The notes beneath the pieces are model-generated. The model was given only the letters and a program-made list of their open reading frames with translations, ran no database searches and was not told the DNA's origin. A stretch of DNA of 64,000 nt from a bacterium (GTDB lineage Bacteria; UBA8248), in assembly GCA_965219955.1 (NCBI GenBank), contig OZ244799.1:764828-828827 (forward strand), in the 5' to 3' direction. Numbering within the stretch: position 1 is the stretch's first letter; every line of letters starts with the position of its first letter. Position numbers and translations under genes: made by a program. Positions 8,975 through 17,887 of the stretch are shown here, piece after piece.

Positions 8975-9765
8975 AGGGGAGGGGGCTGTTGAAAAAGTCC
9001 CGATGAACGAAGGGTGGCGAATTATGGCCGCGCTCGCCGCGGATGAAAATTTCAACCGTAGGGGCGTCGAACTTCCCAAAGAGGGAAGTTCGACCGTGCC
9101 CGCCCGTATCGGGAATGTCCATGCCCGTAAGAGGCCTCGGACAGGCACGGAGGCCTGTCCCTACGGCGAACAATCTCGAAGGTCGGATAGGGGTTTTTCA
9201 ATAACCCCTCGTCGGGGGGCGTCGCTTTTACCCCCCTGTGAAGGAGTTGTTGAATAAGCCCCGTATGCGTCCCTTGGAAACCGCCAACGTCTCTTTCCTC
9301 ACCCTGAGTAGCCGCCGAAGGTAAAACGCGACTGAGAAAGGAGCGTTTGTATCGAAGGGCGAGGAACTCGCGCCGTGGCCAGAGGGCATTCTTCGATACG
9401 GCGCTTACGCGCCTACTCAGGATGAGGCGGTGCGGTTTTGATCGTCATTCCGGCGAAAGCCGGAATCCATTTGCGGATGTGGGTGAATACACAGCGGCGT
9501 TTCATTCCCCGCCGATGCGCAGGAACCCTGACGAAAGGCAAAAGGCGTAAAAATGGATTCCGGCTTTCGCCGGAATGACGGTGAACACTCTCGATTTTGG
9601 GGAGTCAGCAACTCCTTGGGGGGACTTTTTCAACAACCCCGTTAAGGGGGGTAGGGGGTGGTATTCCGGCGCCCCCTTCGACAGGCTCAGGGCAGGCTCT
9701 TGATACGGCCCTTGCGGGCCTACTCGGGATGAGGGTGTTTTTCGTTTTCCTTACACTGAGGCGCC
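8975..9765. repeat. intergenic mosaic palindromic repeat block R2
   Basis: 8985-9210 is repeated at 31475-31705. Perfect 30-bp inverted arms lie at 9443-9472 and 9551-9580. The block also has cctcaccctgagtagc / ctactcaggatgagg modules. Confidence 0.9.
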
Positions 9766-9768
9766 GCC

Positions 9769-10284
9769 TCAAAGATTCTTGAGTTGCCGGTTGCGCCTGC
9801 GCTCTTTTTTGGGGGCGCGCCTGGGGTTTCCCTTCTTCTTCGTGTCGTGCTTGGGCGTCCTGGGAGGTTCATCCTCCGGCGCGTCGTCTTCCATGAAGGC
9901 CGCCTGCTGGAGCCGATCCCGAAACTCGCCCGTCCGCAGGACCGCCGACGCGAAGGGCGCGGCCGCTTCTCCCAGCGCCCTGTCCGAAGTGACGAGAACG
10001 GCGTTCTTGTAGTGGCTCTTCAGGAGGCGCAGGATGAGCGCGTCTGCGATTTCGTGCCGGGAGAAGAGCACCTCGATATCGCCTGTGTTTTTGCCTCCTC
10101 CGTGATCATGATGGGATTTGCCGTCGAAAACCACGGTGATTCGGAGGTTTATCGGGGAATTCCTGCGGTAGCTCTGGAGCATCTCGATGAGGCCTTCACG
10201 ACCGGCTTCCAGGTCCTGATGGAGAACGCGCCTGAGTTCGGGTATGGCGGGGATGAGGTTGTAACCGTCAACCACGATGCGCAT
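9769..10284 (-). CDS. NYN/PIN-like domain protein (YacP/Rae1-like) with a basic C-terminal tail
   Basis: MRIVVDGYNLI...ITVVFDG...VLFSR...ADALI...VLVTSDRAL pattern, followed by a Lys/Arg-rich tail. Confidence 0.7.
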   Translation of the reverse strand: MRIVVDGYNLIPAIPELRRVLHQDLEAGREGLIEMLQSYRRNSPINLRITVVFDGKSHHDHGGGKNTGDIEVLFSRHEIADALILRLLKSHYKNAVLVTSDRALGEAAAPFASAVLRTGEFRDRLQQAAFMEDDAPEDEPPRTPKHDTKKKGNPRRAPKKERRRNRQLKNL

Positions 10285-10303
10285 GACTTATCTCCGAAAC
10301 CTC

Positions 10304-11128
10304 CTAGAAGGGCTGGAAGAGGACGTCCATGAGGGCGGTCGCTTTCTGCGCGTCTCCTTCGATGAGGAGAGAGCCTTCTGCGGTTTTCTGCGCGCGATCC
10401 GCTCTGCCCGCGCACAGGAGCACCATGTCGCTCGCAGATGCGGAAAGGGCGGCGTCGGGGGAGGCGGAGAGGCCCTCAATGGCCGACGCCTCGCCGCCTG
10501 CTATCGACATCTCCCATGCGGCATCCGGCTTGTTCGTCTCGAAACGGAAGGCGCCCGCAGGCCCGGCTGCGCCCGAGCGGTTGAAGTATAAAGGCAGTCT
10601 TGTTTTCAGGATTTCGACGAGCATGCCCAGCGAATCGGCCTCGAGCGGCGCATCCGGGTCGTTCTCCAGGTCCCACCCGTGGAGCGCCACCTCGTAGAGC
10701 CTTTGGGCGGGGAAGGTGCGCGCTTTCGTGTTCCCCTTCCGGTGCCAGAGATCGCGGTCCAGATCGCCGGGCTCCAGACGCTCGATTTCGGCCTGGAGGT
10801 CGTCCTGGCTTCTCTCTATCCAGTCGATTCGATCTTTTGGAGACATGGCGACGGATTTGCGGGTGATATCATCGCGCGCCGCCTGGAATTCTTCCGGCGT
10901 CTCTGCGCCGAGAGAGAGGATGACCTCGCCCCGGCGCGCCGCCCGGATGCGCTCCGCATAGGAGACGGCCCCGCCCGTCATGTGGCCGATGAGTTGGGCC
11001 GCGTTCCACCCGGGGCAGAAGGTGGGTTTCGTCCAATCGGCGTCCGAGAGTGCTCGAAGCTGTGTGATGAAGCGCGCGTTCTCGTGCGCGAGCCACCGAA
11101 TCGCGGGAAGCAGGGGGGTGTCGTTCAA
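10304..11128 (-). CDS. DinB-fold / mycothiol-dependent maleylpyruvate isomerase family protein
   Basis: The N-terminal ...DADWTKPTFCPGWNAAQLIGHMTGG... is characteristic of the MDMPI_N/DinB fold. TTG start. Confidence 0.7.
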   Translation of the reverse strand: MNDTPLLPAIRWLAHENARFITQLRALSDADWTKPTFCPGWNAAQLIGHMTGGAVSYAERIRAARRGEVILSLGAETPEEFQAARDDITRKSVAMSPKDRIDWIERSQDDLQAEIERLEPGDLDRDLWHRKGNTKARTFPAQRLYEVALHGWDLENDPDAPLEADSLGMLVEILKTRLPLYFNRSGAAGPAGAFRFETNKPDAAWEMSIAGGEASAIEGLSASPDAALSASASDMVLLCAGRADRAQKTAEGSLLIEGDAQKATALMDVLFQPF

Positions 11129-11227
11129 TTCGGAATCACCGCGGGCATAAAAATCGCCCCCAACGCGTGGGGGCGATGTAAGGAATACACGTTTCGCCTG
11201 AAAATCCGTGCGCCCGTAGCGTGCGCG

Positions 11228-12100
11228 CTATTCGCCGGCGGCGCGGATCCAGGCCTTGCCGATGGCGCGCGCGGCGTATACGCCGGCCAGATGGCGCCTG
11301 AAATCCGCTCCGGCGTAAAAATCATCGAGCGCGTCGACGCCTTCGCCGGCCGTTGCCGCCGCCTTGCGGATCGATTCCGCGCTCGGCGCGGCGCCCGTAA
11401 GGGCGTCCTCGACGCTCGTGGCGCGATACGCTGTTGCGGCCACGCCTGTCACGCCGACGCGGATGCGCTCGACAGCGCCGTCTGCGTCCAGCGCGAGCCG
11501 GGCCGCCACGCCGCATACCGCAAAACCGCTGGCCTGCTGGGCCGCCTTGAGATACGCGCTCGAACCCCGCGCGGCCGAAGCCCGTATGCGGACGGAGGTG
11601 ATAATCTCGCCCGCGCCCAGGGCCGTCTCGTATGTTCCGGTGAAGAAGTCATCGGCGGCGATGACGCGCTCCCCGCCCGCGCCCGCGACGGTGATTTCCG
11701 CATTCGCCGCCAGGATGACCGCCGGGTAGTCGGCTGCGGGGTCGGCATGGGCGAGCGAGCCGCCCAGCGTCCCGCGGTTTCTCACCTGCACGTCGCCGAT
11801 GGCGGCAGCCGCCTCGGCGAGGGAGCGGCATCTCCCCTGAACCGAGGCGGACGCCTCGATCTCGGCGTGGGTCGTCATCGCGCCGATTGTAATGCCGTCC
11901 TCCGATTCGCTGATGCCCGAGAGGCCCTCGATGCCGGCGATGTCGACGAGGACCCCGGGGTCGGCGAGCCGCGCCTTCATCACGGGCAGGAGGCTGTGGC
12001 CTCCGGCGAGGACTCGCGCGTCGTCTCCATGCTCTCCGAGCCTGGCGAGAGCGTCTTCTAGCGATTGTGCTCGAACGTAGTCGAAAGAAGCTGGAATCAT
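11228..12100 (-). CDS. molybdenum hydroxylase FAD-binding medium subunit (CoxM-like)
   Basis: MIPASFDYVRAQSLEDAL...VLAGGHSLLPVMK...RNRGTLGGSLAHADPAAD is the FAD-binding medium-subunit pattern. The start lies 3 nt after the large-subunit stop. Confidence 0.9.
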   Translation of the reverse strand: MIPASFDYVRAQSLEDALARLGEHGDDARVLAGGHSLLPVMKARLADPGVLVDIAGIEGLSGISESEDGITIGAMTTHAEIEASASVQGRCRSLAEAAAAIGDVQVRNRGTLGGSLAHADPAADYPAVILAANAEITVAGAGGERVIAADDFFTGTYETALGAGEIITSVRIRASAARGSSAYLKAAQQASGFAVCGVAARLALDADGAVERIRVGVTGVAATAYRATSVEDALTGAAPSAESIRKAAATAGEGVDALDDFYAGADFRRHLAGVYAARAIGKAWIRAAGE

Positions 12101-12103
12101 TTC

Positions 12104-14431
12104 TTAGGCCCTCTTCTCGGCGATGGCGCGCCACACCCTCTCGGGGCGCAGCGGCATGTCGATGTGCGTGATGCCGAATGGCGAAAGCGCGTCGATCACG
12201 GCGTTCACCACGGCGGGCGTGGAGCCGATGGTGCCGGCCTCGCCCACGCCCTTCGCACCCAGCGGGTTTACGTCCGTCGGGGTGGTGGTGTGCAGAAGCT
12301 CGAAACGCGGCAGACGGTTCGCCTTGGGCAAAGCGTAGTGCATGAACGAAGCGTTGAGCGGCTGTCCGCCCTCGCCGTAGAGCATCTCCTCCTCCAGCGC
12401 CTGCCCCATCCCCTGGGCGATGCCGCCGTGGATCTGCCCGTGCACGAGCAGCGGGTTGATCATGTTGCCGACGTCGTCCACCGCCACGTAGCGGAGGATT
12501 GCCACGTCGCCCGTCTCAGGATCCACCTCCGCCAGCACGATGTGCGTCCCGAAGGGGAAGGTGAAGTTGCTCGGCTCGAAGAAGTGCGTCTCCTCGAGGC
12601 CCGGTTCGGTGTCTTCGGGAAGCGCGATGGCGCTGTAGGCCATCATCGCGATATCGGCGAAGCCGGCCGATTTCTCGGGCGCGCTCCTGACGAAGACCCT
12701 GCCGTCCTCGAATTCGATGTCGTTCTCGTCCGCCTCGAACTCCATGGCCGCGAACTTGGCCATCTTGGCGCGCACCTTGTCGCGCGCGTAGACGACCGCC
12801 GAGCCGCCCACCACGGTGCCCCGGCTGCCGAACGTGCCGACGCCGTAGGGAACCACGTCGGTATCTCCGTGGACGACGGTCACGTCGTTCGCGTCGATGC
12901 CGAGGCCGTCCGCCACGATCTGGGCGAAAGACGTCTGCTGGCCCTGTCCGTGGGGCGATGCGCCCGAGAACACGGTGGCCTTGCCGGTGGGCTCCACGCG
13001 CACGCGCGCGCTCTCCCAGCCCTGGCCGCCCAGCGCGGCGGAAGGACCCATGCCGCAAATCTCGACGTAGGTGGAAAAGCCGATGCCCAGGTACCTGCCG
13101 TCTTTTCTGGCCTCTTCCTGCTGGGCGCGCATGGCGGGGTAGTCCGCCGCCTCGAGCGCCCGGTCGAGCGCCAGGTGGTAATCCCCGCTGTCGTAGCTGA
13201 GTCCGGCTGAGGTGCCGAATGGGAACTCGGACTTGTCCGGGAAGTTCTTGCGCCTGAGTTCCACGGGGTCCATGCCCAGTTCTACGGCCGCGATGTCCAT
13301 CATGCGTTCGAGAATATATGTCGCCTCGGGACGGCCCGCGCCCCGGTAGGCGTCGGTCGCCACCTTGTTGGTGAACACGCCGGTGGCGTTCATCTCGATG
13401 TTGTCGATCTTGTAGGGGCCGGGAAGCATGAGGCCCGTGAGCGTGAAGATGGCCAAGGTGAGCAGCTGGTAATAGGCCCCGCAGTCGGCGAGCACGTTGT
13501 AGCGGAACGCGGTGATGGTGCCGTCGTTCTTGAGACCCATCTCGATCTCGCCCACCTGGCCGCGTCCGTGGATGGTGGTCAGGAAGTTCTCGGAACGGCT
13601 CTCCACCCACTTGATCGGCACGCCGAGTTCGCGCGTGACGAAGGCCGCGAGCGCCTCTTCGCGGTAGATGTTGAGCTTGCTGCCGAAGCCGCCGCCGACT
13701 TCCGGGGCGATGACGCGCATGCGGTTCTCCGGCATGCCGATCTGGCCCGCCACCAGCGTGCGCACTTTATGGGGCACCTGGGTGGAGGTCCACAGCGTCA
13801 TCTTGTCCTCGCCGGGGAGGTAGTGCGCCAGGACGCCCCTGGGCTCGAGAGCCAGCGGAGCGACGCGCACGTTGGTCATCTTCTCCTTGACGATGACGTC
13901 GGCTTCCGCCATGCCGGCTTCCACGTCGCCGCCTGCGAGCCCCCATTTGAACGCCTCGTTGCTCTCATAGTCGTCGTGCACCTTGGTGGAGCCGGGTTCG
14001 ATCGCGGCCTCCAAATCGACCACGGCGTCGAGCGGCTCGTAGTCGATCTCGACGAGAGCCGCCGCGTCGAGCGCGCCGTAGCGCGTCTCGGCGATCACCG
14101 CGACGACGGGTTCGCCCGCGAACAGCACCTGCTTGTCGGCCAGTATCGGCTGCACGGGGACCTTGGCGTCGGGCAGGACGGCGCCCACGGGAACGGGGCC
14201 GATGCCCTTCGTCTCCTCGTACGTGTAGACGGCGACGACGCCGTCCGCAGCCGCCGCCTTCGAGACGTCGACCGAGCGAATGTTGGCTTTGCCGTACGGG
14301 CTTCTCGCACACGCCATGTGCAGAGTGCCGGGTGGATTGAAATCGTCCACGTAGTGGGCGAGGCCCTGGATGAGACGCGGATCGTCTCGTCTTTTGATGG
14401 GCGCGCCGATGAATTTGGGTGCTTGCGCCAT
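12104..14431 (-). CDS. molybdopterin hydroxylase large subunit (CoxL-like, form-II type active-site loop)
   Basis: 775-aa protein of the aldehyde oxidase/xanthine dehydrogenase family. The loop AYRGAGR is at 13331-13351, in place of the VAYRCSFR of bona fide CO dehydrogenases. Confidence 0.9.
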   Translation of the reverse strand: MAQAPKFIGAPIKRRDDPRLIQGLAHYVDDFNPPGTLHMACARSPYGKANIRSVDVSKAAAADGVVAVYTYEETKGIGPVPVGAVLPDAKVPVQPILADKQVLFAGEPVVAVIAETRYGALDAAALVEIDYEPLDAVVDLEAAIEPGSTKVHDDYESNEAFKWGLAGGDVEAGMAEADVIVKEKMTNVRVAPLALEPRGVLAHYLPGEDKMTLWTSTQVPHKVRTLVAGQIGMPENRMRVIAPEVGGGFGSKLNIYREEALAAFVTRELGVPIKWVESRSENFLTTIHGRGQVGEIEMGLKNDGTITAFRYNVLADCGAYYQLLTLAIFTLTGLMLPGPYKIDNIEMNATGVFTNKVATDAYRGAGRPEATYILERMMDIAAVELGMDPVELRRKNFPDKSEFPFGTSAGLSYDSGDYHLALDRALEAADYPAMRAQQEEARKDGRYLGIGFSTYVEICGMGPSAALGGQGWESARVRVEPTGKATVFSGASPHGQGQQTSFAQIVADGLGIDANDVTVVHGDTDVVPYGVGTFGSRGTVVGGSAVVYARDKVRAKMAKFAAMEFEADENDIEFEDGRVFVRSAPEKSAGFADIAMMAYSAIALPEDTEPGLEETHFFEPSNFTFPFGTHIVLAEVDPETGDVAILRYVAVDDVGNMINPLLVHGQIHGGIAQGMGQALEEEMLYGEGGQPLNASFMHYALPKANRLPRFELLHTTTPTDVNPLGAKGVGEAGTIGSTPAVVNAVIDALSPFGITHIDMPLRPERVWRAIAEKRA

Positions 14432-14434
14432 CTC

Positions 14435-14989
14435 TTAATCCCTCATCTGAGCCGCCGCCGCGGAAATTGCGTCGACGATGTTTTGATAACCCGTGCAGCG
14501 GCATATGTTGCCTTCGATGCCGTGCCTGATTTCCTCGTCCGTCGGATCGGCGTTGGACGCAATGAGCTGGTTCGCCGTCAGGATCATACCCGGCGTGCAG
14601 AAGCCGCATTGCAGTCCATGCTTCTCCCAGAATTGTTCTTGCAAGGGATGGAGTTGCTCACCGTTTGCGAGTCCCTCGATGGTCGTGACCTCACACCCTT
14701 GCGCCTGCGCGGCAAGGACGGTGCAGCTTTTCACCGCCTTGTCGTCGAGGAGCACGGTGCAAGCGCCGCATATCGAGGTTTCGCAGGCGACGTGCGTGCC
14801 GGTGAGGCCCGCGTCATCGCGCAACAGGTGAACAAGAAGGGTTCTGGGTTCCACGTCGAACGTCCGGCTCTCGCCGTTGATGCTGATGTTGATTTCCAAG
14901 GTCTTCGGGCCCCCCACACAAGAAAAAAGATCGAAGCGGAGTCCCCCAAGGGGAACCTTCCGCCTCACCGAAGAATTTCGTTCCTCCAT
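14435..14989 (-). CDS. (2Fe-2S)-binding small subunit (CoxS-like)
   Basis: CETSICGACTV and GLQCGFCTPGM...CRCTGY cluster motifs. The exact start is uncertain (ORF open to 15010; an internal GTG is also possible). Confidence 0.85.
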   Translation of the reverse strand: MEERNSSVRRKVPLGGLRFDLFSCVGGPKTLEINISINGESRTFDVEPRTLLVHLLRDDAGLTGTHVACETSICGACTVLLDDKAVKSCTVLAAQAQGCEVTTIEGLANGEQLHPLQEQFWEKHGLQCGFCTPGMILTANQLIASNADPTDEEIRHGIEGNICRCTGYQNIVDAISAAAAQMRD

Positions 14990-15162
14990 GAGATGATCGA
15001 GTGAAAACATTATTGAGGATAGGGCGAGGCCGTGTCAAGACTCTAAATTTCGGGGGGCGTGAACCGGCGCGTTTCGAGCCGCGAACGAAAGCGGAAGGGA
15101 TGCCCGCCCGCGAAGCGGCTCCCCCGGTTACCGCCTCGACGCCGCCCGCCCCGGGGCGGGCC

Positions 15163-16266
15163 TCACGGCCGTTGTCTTTCGGCGCCGAAGGCGCCCCTCA
15201 GTTCGCCGTGCCGGAACACGCCTCCGACCGACTCCGCCGCATTGCCCTCGTTGTCGTCGAAAAACCGGCCCCGGATGCAGTCCCCGCTTCCCGAGCAGTC
15301 GCCGAAACTCCCGTTCGAGACGGGGAGATCCTCCCAACTCATGTCGCTTACTTCCACCGGTATCAGAGCTCCGAAGGCGGGGTAGGAGAGAAGATTGTCG
15401 AACGTGGCGTCGAGGTTCGCGGCCGCGAAATCGTAGGTCAGCGTGGCGTCACCCGCGAGATAGCCGCTGCCGCCCAGGTCGAGTTTTCTGCCCGCCACAT
15501 GCCCGGTCCAGACGGCCGTCCCCTCCCCGTCCTCGCCCACAGGGTTGACCCCCGACGGAACGCCGAAGACGAACGGGGCGATGGTCTCATTGTCGTAGTC
15601 GTATGCGGTTGCGAAAAATACGCCGTCTACCCAGTTCGAAAAGGCGAACATGCTTGGGAAAGCCCAACCCGCTCCATTTCCTCTTCCCGCCTTCTTGCCG
15701 AAGACCTTCGTGATGCCGTCAGCCCACACCGCCGTCAGCCCCGAGGCGTTCGAGAAGTCCGTGCCTGCGGTGGGAAGCCCGAGCGAGGTTCTGATCGACG
15801 CCACGCCGTCCGTAGAGCCGTCGTACGACAGCACGTGCCCCTCGAGGTACGGCCTGAGGGCCGGATCGGCGTGGATGGATTGGAGGATCAGCGCAACCGC
15901 GTCGGCGTCGTCGCCGGACTCGATGCCGAAATCTTTCGGCTGAGGCGGCGGGGGCGGCGGAGGTGGTTGGGTCGGTTGGGGCGGCGTAGGTGGTTGGGGC
16001 GGCGTAGGATCCGGCGGGGGCGTCGGGGTCGGCGGAAGCGTGGGGGCCGGCCCTCCTCCTTCCGGCGCGGCGACCGTAGCGCGGCCGCCACCGCTGCATC
16101 CGTGCAGCACCAGGGAACATGCGATCAGGGACGCAGCGGCGAACATTTGCAGTGATGAGCGGACACGGCGGCGCCGAAACGGCATGAACCACCCCTTCGC
16201 CGGGCTGGACGCCTCCTGGTTCCTCCCGGCGAACGCTTCTCGCGACTCACGGCAATCCGTATACAT
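15163..16266 (-). CDS. predicted lipoprotein, TbpB/fHbp-like C-terminal barrel signature (paralog 1)
   Basis: Lipobox LVLHGC followed by SGGG. Pro-rich linker. C-terminal GTAVWTGHVAGR...ATLTYDFAAANLD...IRGRFFDDNEGNAAESVGGVF...GAFGAER. Conserved promoter, RBS and ATG shared with paralogs 2 and 3. Confidence 0.7.
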   Translation of the reverse strand: MYTDCRESREAFAGRNQEASSPAKGWFMPFRRRRVRSSLQMFAAASLIACSLVLHGCSGGGRATVAAPEGGGPAPTLPPTPTPPPDPTPPQPPTPPQPTQPPPPPPPPQPKDFGIESGDDADAVALILQSIHADPALRPYLEGHVLSYDGSTDGVASIRTSLGLPTAGTDFSNASGLTAVWADGITKVFGKKAGRGNGAGWAFPSMFAFSNWVDGVFFATAYDYDNETIAPFVFGVPSGVNPVGEDGEGTAVWTGHVAGRKLDLGGSGYLAGDATLTYDFAAANLDATFDNLLSYPAFGALIPVEVSDMSWEDLPVSNGSFGDCSGSGDCIRGRFFDDNEGNAAESVGGVFRHGELRGAFGAERQRP

Positions 16267-16312
16267 CCTTTGGGCCTCCTTTGGGTGACATATTTAATTT
16301 ATCGGTCATATA

Positions 16313-16341
16313 ATAATATCAGCGAATGGTCATTCCGTCAA
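16313..16341 (-). promoter_or_regulatory. conserved sigma70-like promoter of lipoprotein paralog 1
   Basis: Minus strand TTGACG (16336-16341), 17 nt, TATTAT (16313-16318). Same architecture as at 17888-17917 and 19259-19287. Confidence 0.6.
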
Positions 16342-16344
16342 CAT

Positions 16345-16518
16345 GTGTGGCCGCGGCGTGGAAGAGAGACTCGACGGCGCCATCACCCACCGGCCGTGGG
16401 CAGCGTAGTCCGGGGTTTTGCCGCTTCCGCCGGAATCGGCGCAGGCGAGGAGAATGTCGGGCAGTATCCTCACGTCCGAGGGGTGGCGGCCCGCATGGAG
16501 CGTCGGCCGGGGGCGCAA
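16345..16518 (-). pseudogene. relic fragment of a further lipoprotein paralog
   Basis: The translation PTLHAGRHPSDVRILPDILLACADSGGSGKTPDYAAHGRWVMAP aligns with the internal PTLYAGRHPSDVGIEHDILLAHADSGGEGQSLEYAAYGWWAMAP of paralog 3. There is no N- or C-terminal part. Confidence 0.55.
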
Positions 16519-16651
16519 ATTTCCCGGGCCCGTTCTTTTGCGAAACCGGGGAGCGCAGGCGCGAAGCGGTACCGGCGGGGCGGCTCGGCCTTGAAGCGGC
16601 TCGCCCGGCTACCGCCCTGACGCCGAGCGCGCCGGGCGGTTCGCGCGCTCG

Positions 16652-17839
16652 TTAGCGATGGGCGCCGAAAGAGCCACTCATCAAGCCGTGCCGGAACACG
16701 CCTCCGACCGCATCCGCCGGGTTGCCCGCGTTGTCGTCGAAAAACCGGCCCCGGATGCAGCTTCCGCTTCTCGTACCCGTACAATCGCCGAAACTCCCGT
16801 CCGAGACGGGGAGATCCTCCCAGGTGATGTTGCTTGGCCTTCTCGTCACATGGTCAAAATGGAAATAGCGAAGATAGTGGAACAAGACGTCGAGGTTCGC
16901 GGCCTCGAAATCGTAGGTCAGCGTGGCCACTCCATCGAGATGGCCGAGCGACGGCCCGGCTTCTCTGCCTGTCACAAAACCTCTCCAGACGGCCGTCCCC
17001 GTCGCGCCCGCGGGGTTGACCCCCGACGGAACGCCGAGGACGAATGGAGCGATTTCTCTCGAGTAGCTTGTGATTGCGGTCCCGAAAAACAATCCGTCCA
17101 CCCAGTTGGCATAAGCGACTACGTCATCCGGGAGCTGCCATCCCGCTCCAAACCCTTTTCCCGTGCTCCTTTTGAAGCGGAACTCGAAGGTTTCGTCCGC
17201 AAACACCGCCGCCAGCCCCGAGCCGTCCATGAAGTCCGAGCCCGTGGCGGGAAGTCCGAGTCGCTCCCTGATCGGCGGCGGTCTTTTGGCTGAGACACTG
17301 GGGTATCTCGCGTACGACAACACGTGCCCCCCGAGGTACGGCTTGAGGGCCGTATCGGCGTCGATGGACTTGAGAATCGATTCGACACCATTGGCACCAT
17401 CGATGTTGGTGACGTACTGGATGCTGAACCTGGCCGCATCAGGCGGCTGGGGCGCCGGGGGCGACGGTGGAGCCGACAACGGAATTGGCGGGTCCGTCGG
17501 GGGCGACGGTGGAGTCGGGGTCGGTGGAGGCGTCGGCTCTGGCGGCGGGGTCGGCTCTGGCGGCGGGGTCGGCTCTGGCGGCGGGGTCGGCTCGGGCGGG
17601 GGAGTTGGCTCCGGCGGGGGCATCGTGGCCGGCCCTCCTCCTTCCGGCGTGGCGACCGGGGCGCGGCCGCCACCGCCGCACCCGTACAGAACCAGGGAAC
17701 ATGCGATCAAGGACGCGGCGGCGATCGTACCCAGCGATGAGCGGGTGCGCCACCGCCGTCCGCGCCCGACATGCCGCCTGGCCGCCTCCCGGTTCGCACC
17801 TGCGAACACCCCTCGCGACTCACAGGAATCTGGATTCAT
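16652..17839 (-). CDS. predicted lipoprotein, TbpB/fHbp-like C-terminal barrel signature (paralog 2)
   Basis: Lipobox LVLYGC followed by GGGG. (PEPTPP)n linker. C-terminal GTAVWRGFVTGR...ATLTYDFEAANLD...IRGRFFDDNAGNPADAVGGVF...GSFGAHR. Confidence 0.7.
   Translation of the reverse strand: MNPDSCESRGVFAGANREAARRHVGRGRRWRTRSSLGTIAAASLIACSLVLYGCGGGGRAPVATPEGGGPATMPPPEPTPPPEPTPPPEPTPPPEPTPPPEPTPPPTPTPPSPPTDPPIPLSAPPSPPAPQPPDAARFSIQYVTNIDGANGVESILKSIDADTALKPYLGGHVLSYARYPSVSAKRPPPIRERLGLPATGSDFMDGSGLAAVFADETFEFRFKRSTGKGFGAGWQLPDDVVAYANWVDGLFFGTAITSYSREIAPFVLGVPSGVNPAGATGTAVWRGFVTGREAGPSLGHLDGVATLTYDFEAANLDVLFHYLRYFHFDHVTRRPSNITWEDLPVSDGSFGDCTGTRSGSCIRGRFFDDNAGNPADAVGGVFRHGLMSGSFGAHR
17511..17620. 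repeat. 18-bp tandem repeat inside paralog 2 encoding (PEPTPP)n
   Basis: gtcggctctggcggcggg occurs three times perfectly (17532-17585), with degenerate units on both sides. Confidence 0.9.
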
Positions 17840-17887
17840 CTTTCAGGTCTCCTTTAGATGATCATAATTAATTTATCGTTCAAATAA

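Noticed and set aside
15001-16155. Alternative-frame and antisense ORFs over the lipoprotein triplet (15001-16155 +, 17163-17861 +, 17914-19053 -, 18378-19235 +).
   Set aside because: Only the frames 15163-16266, 16652-17839 and 17970-19208 share the conserved promoter, RBS and ATG, a lipobox, and mutually homologous C-terminal domains. The others are Arg/Pro-rich shadows.
16170-16266. A twin-arginine (Tat) signal in the Arg-rich N-terminal extensions of the tandem lipoproteins (RRRRVRSS, GRRWRTRSS).
   Set aside because: The S/T-R-R-x-F-L-K consensus is not matched, and the spacing to the hydrophobic core is atypical. I treat it as unexplained rather than as Tat.
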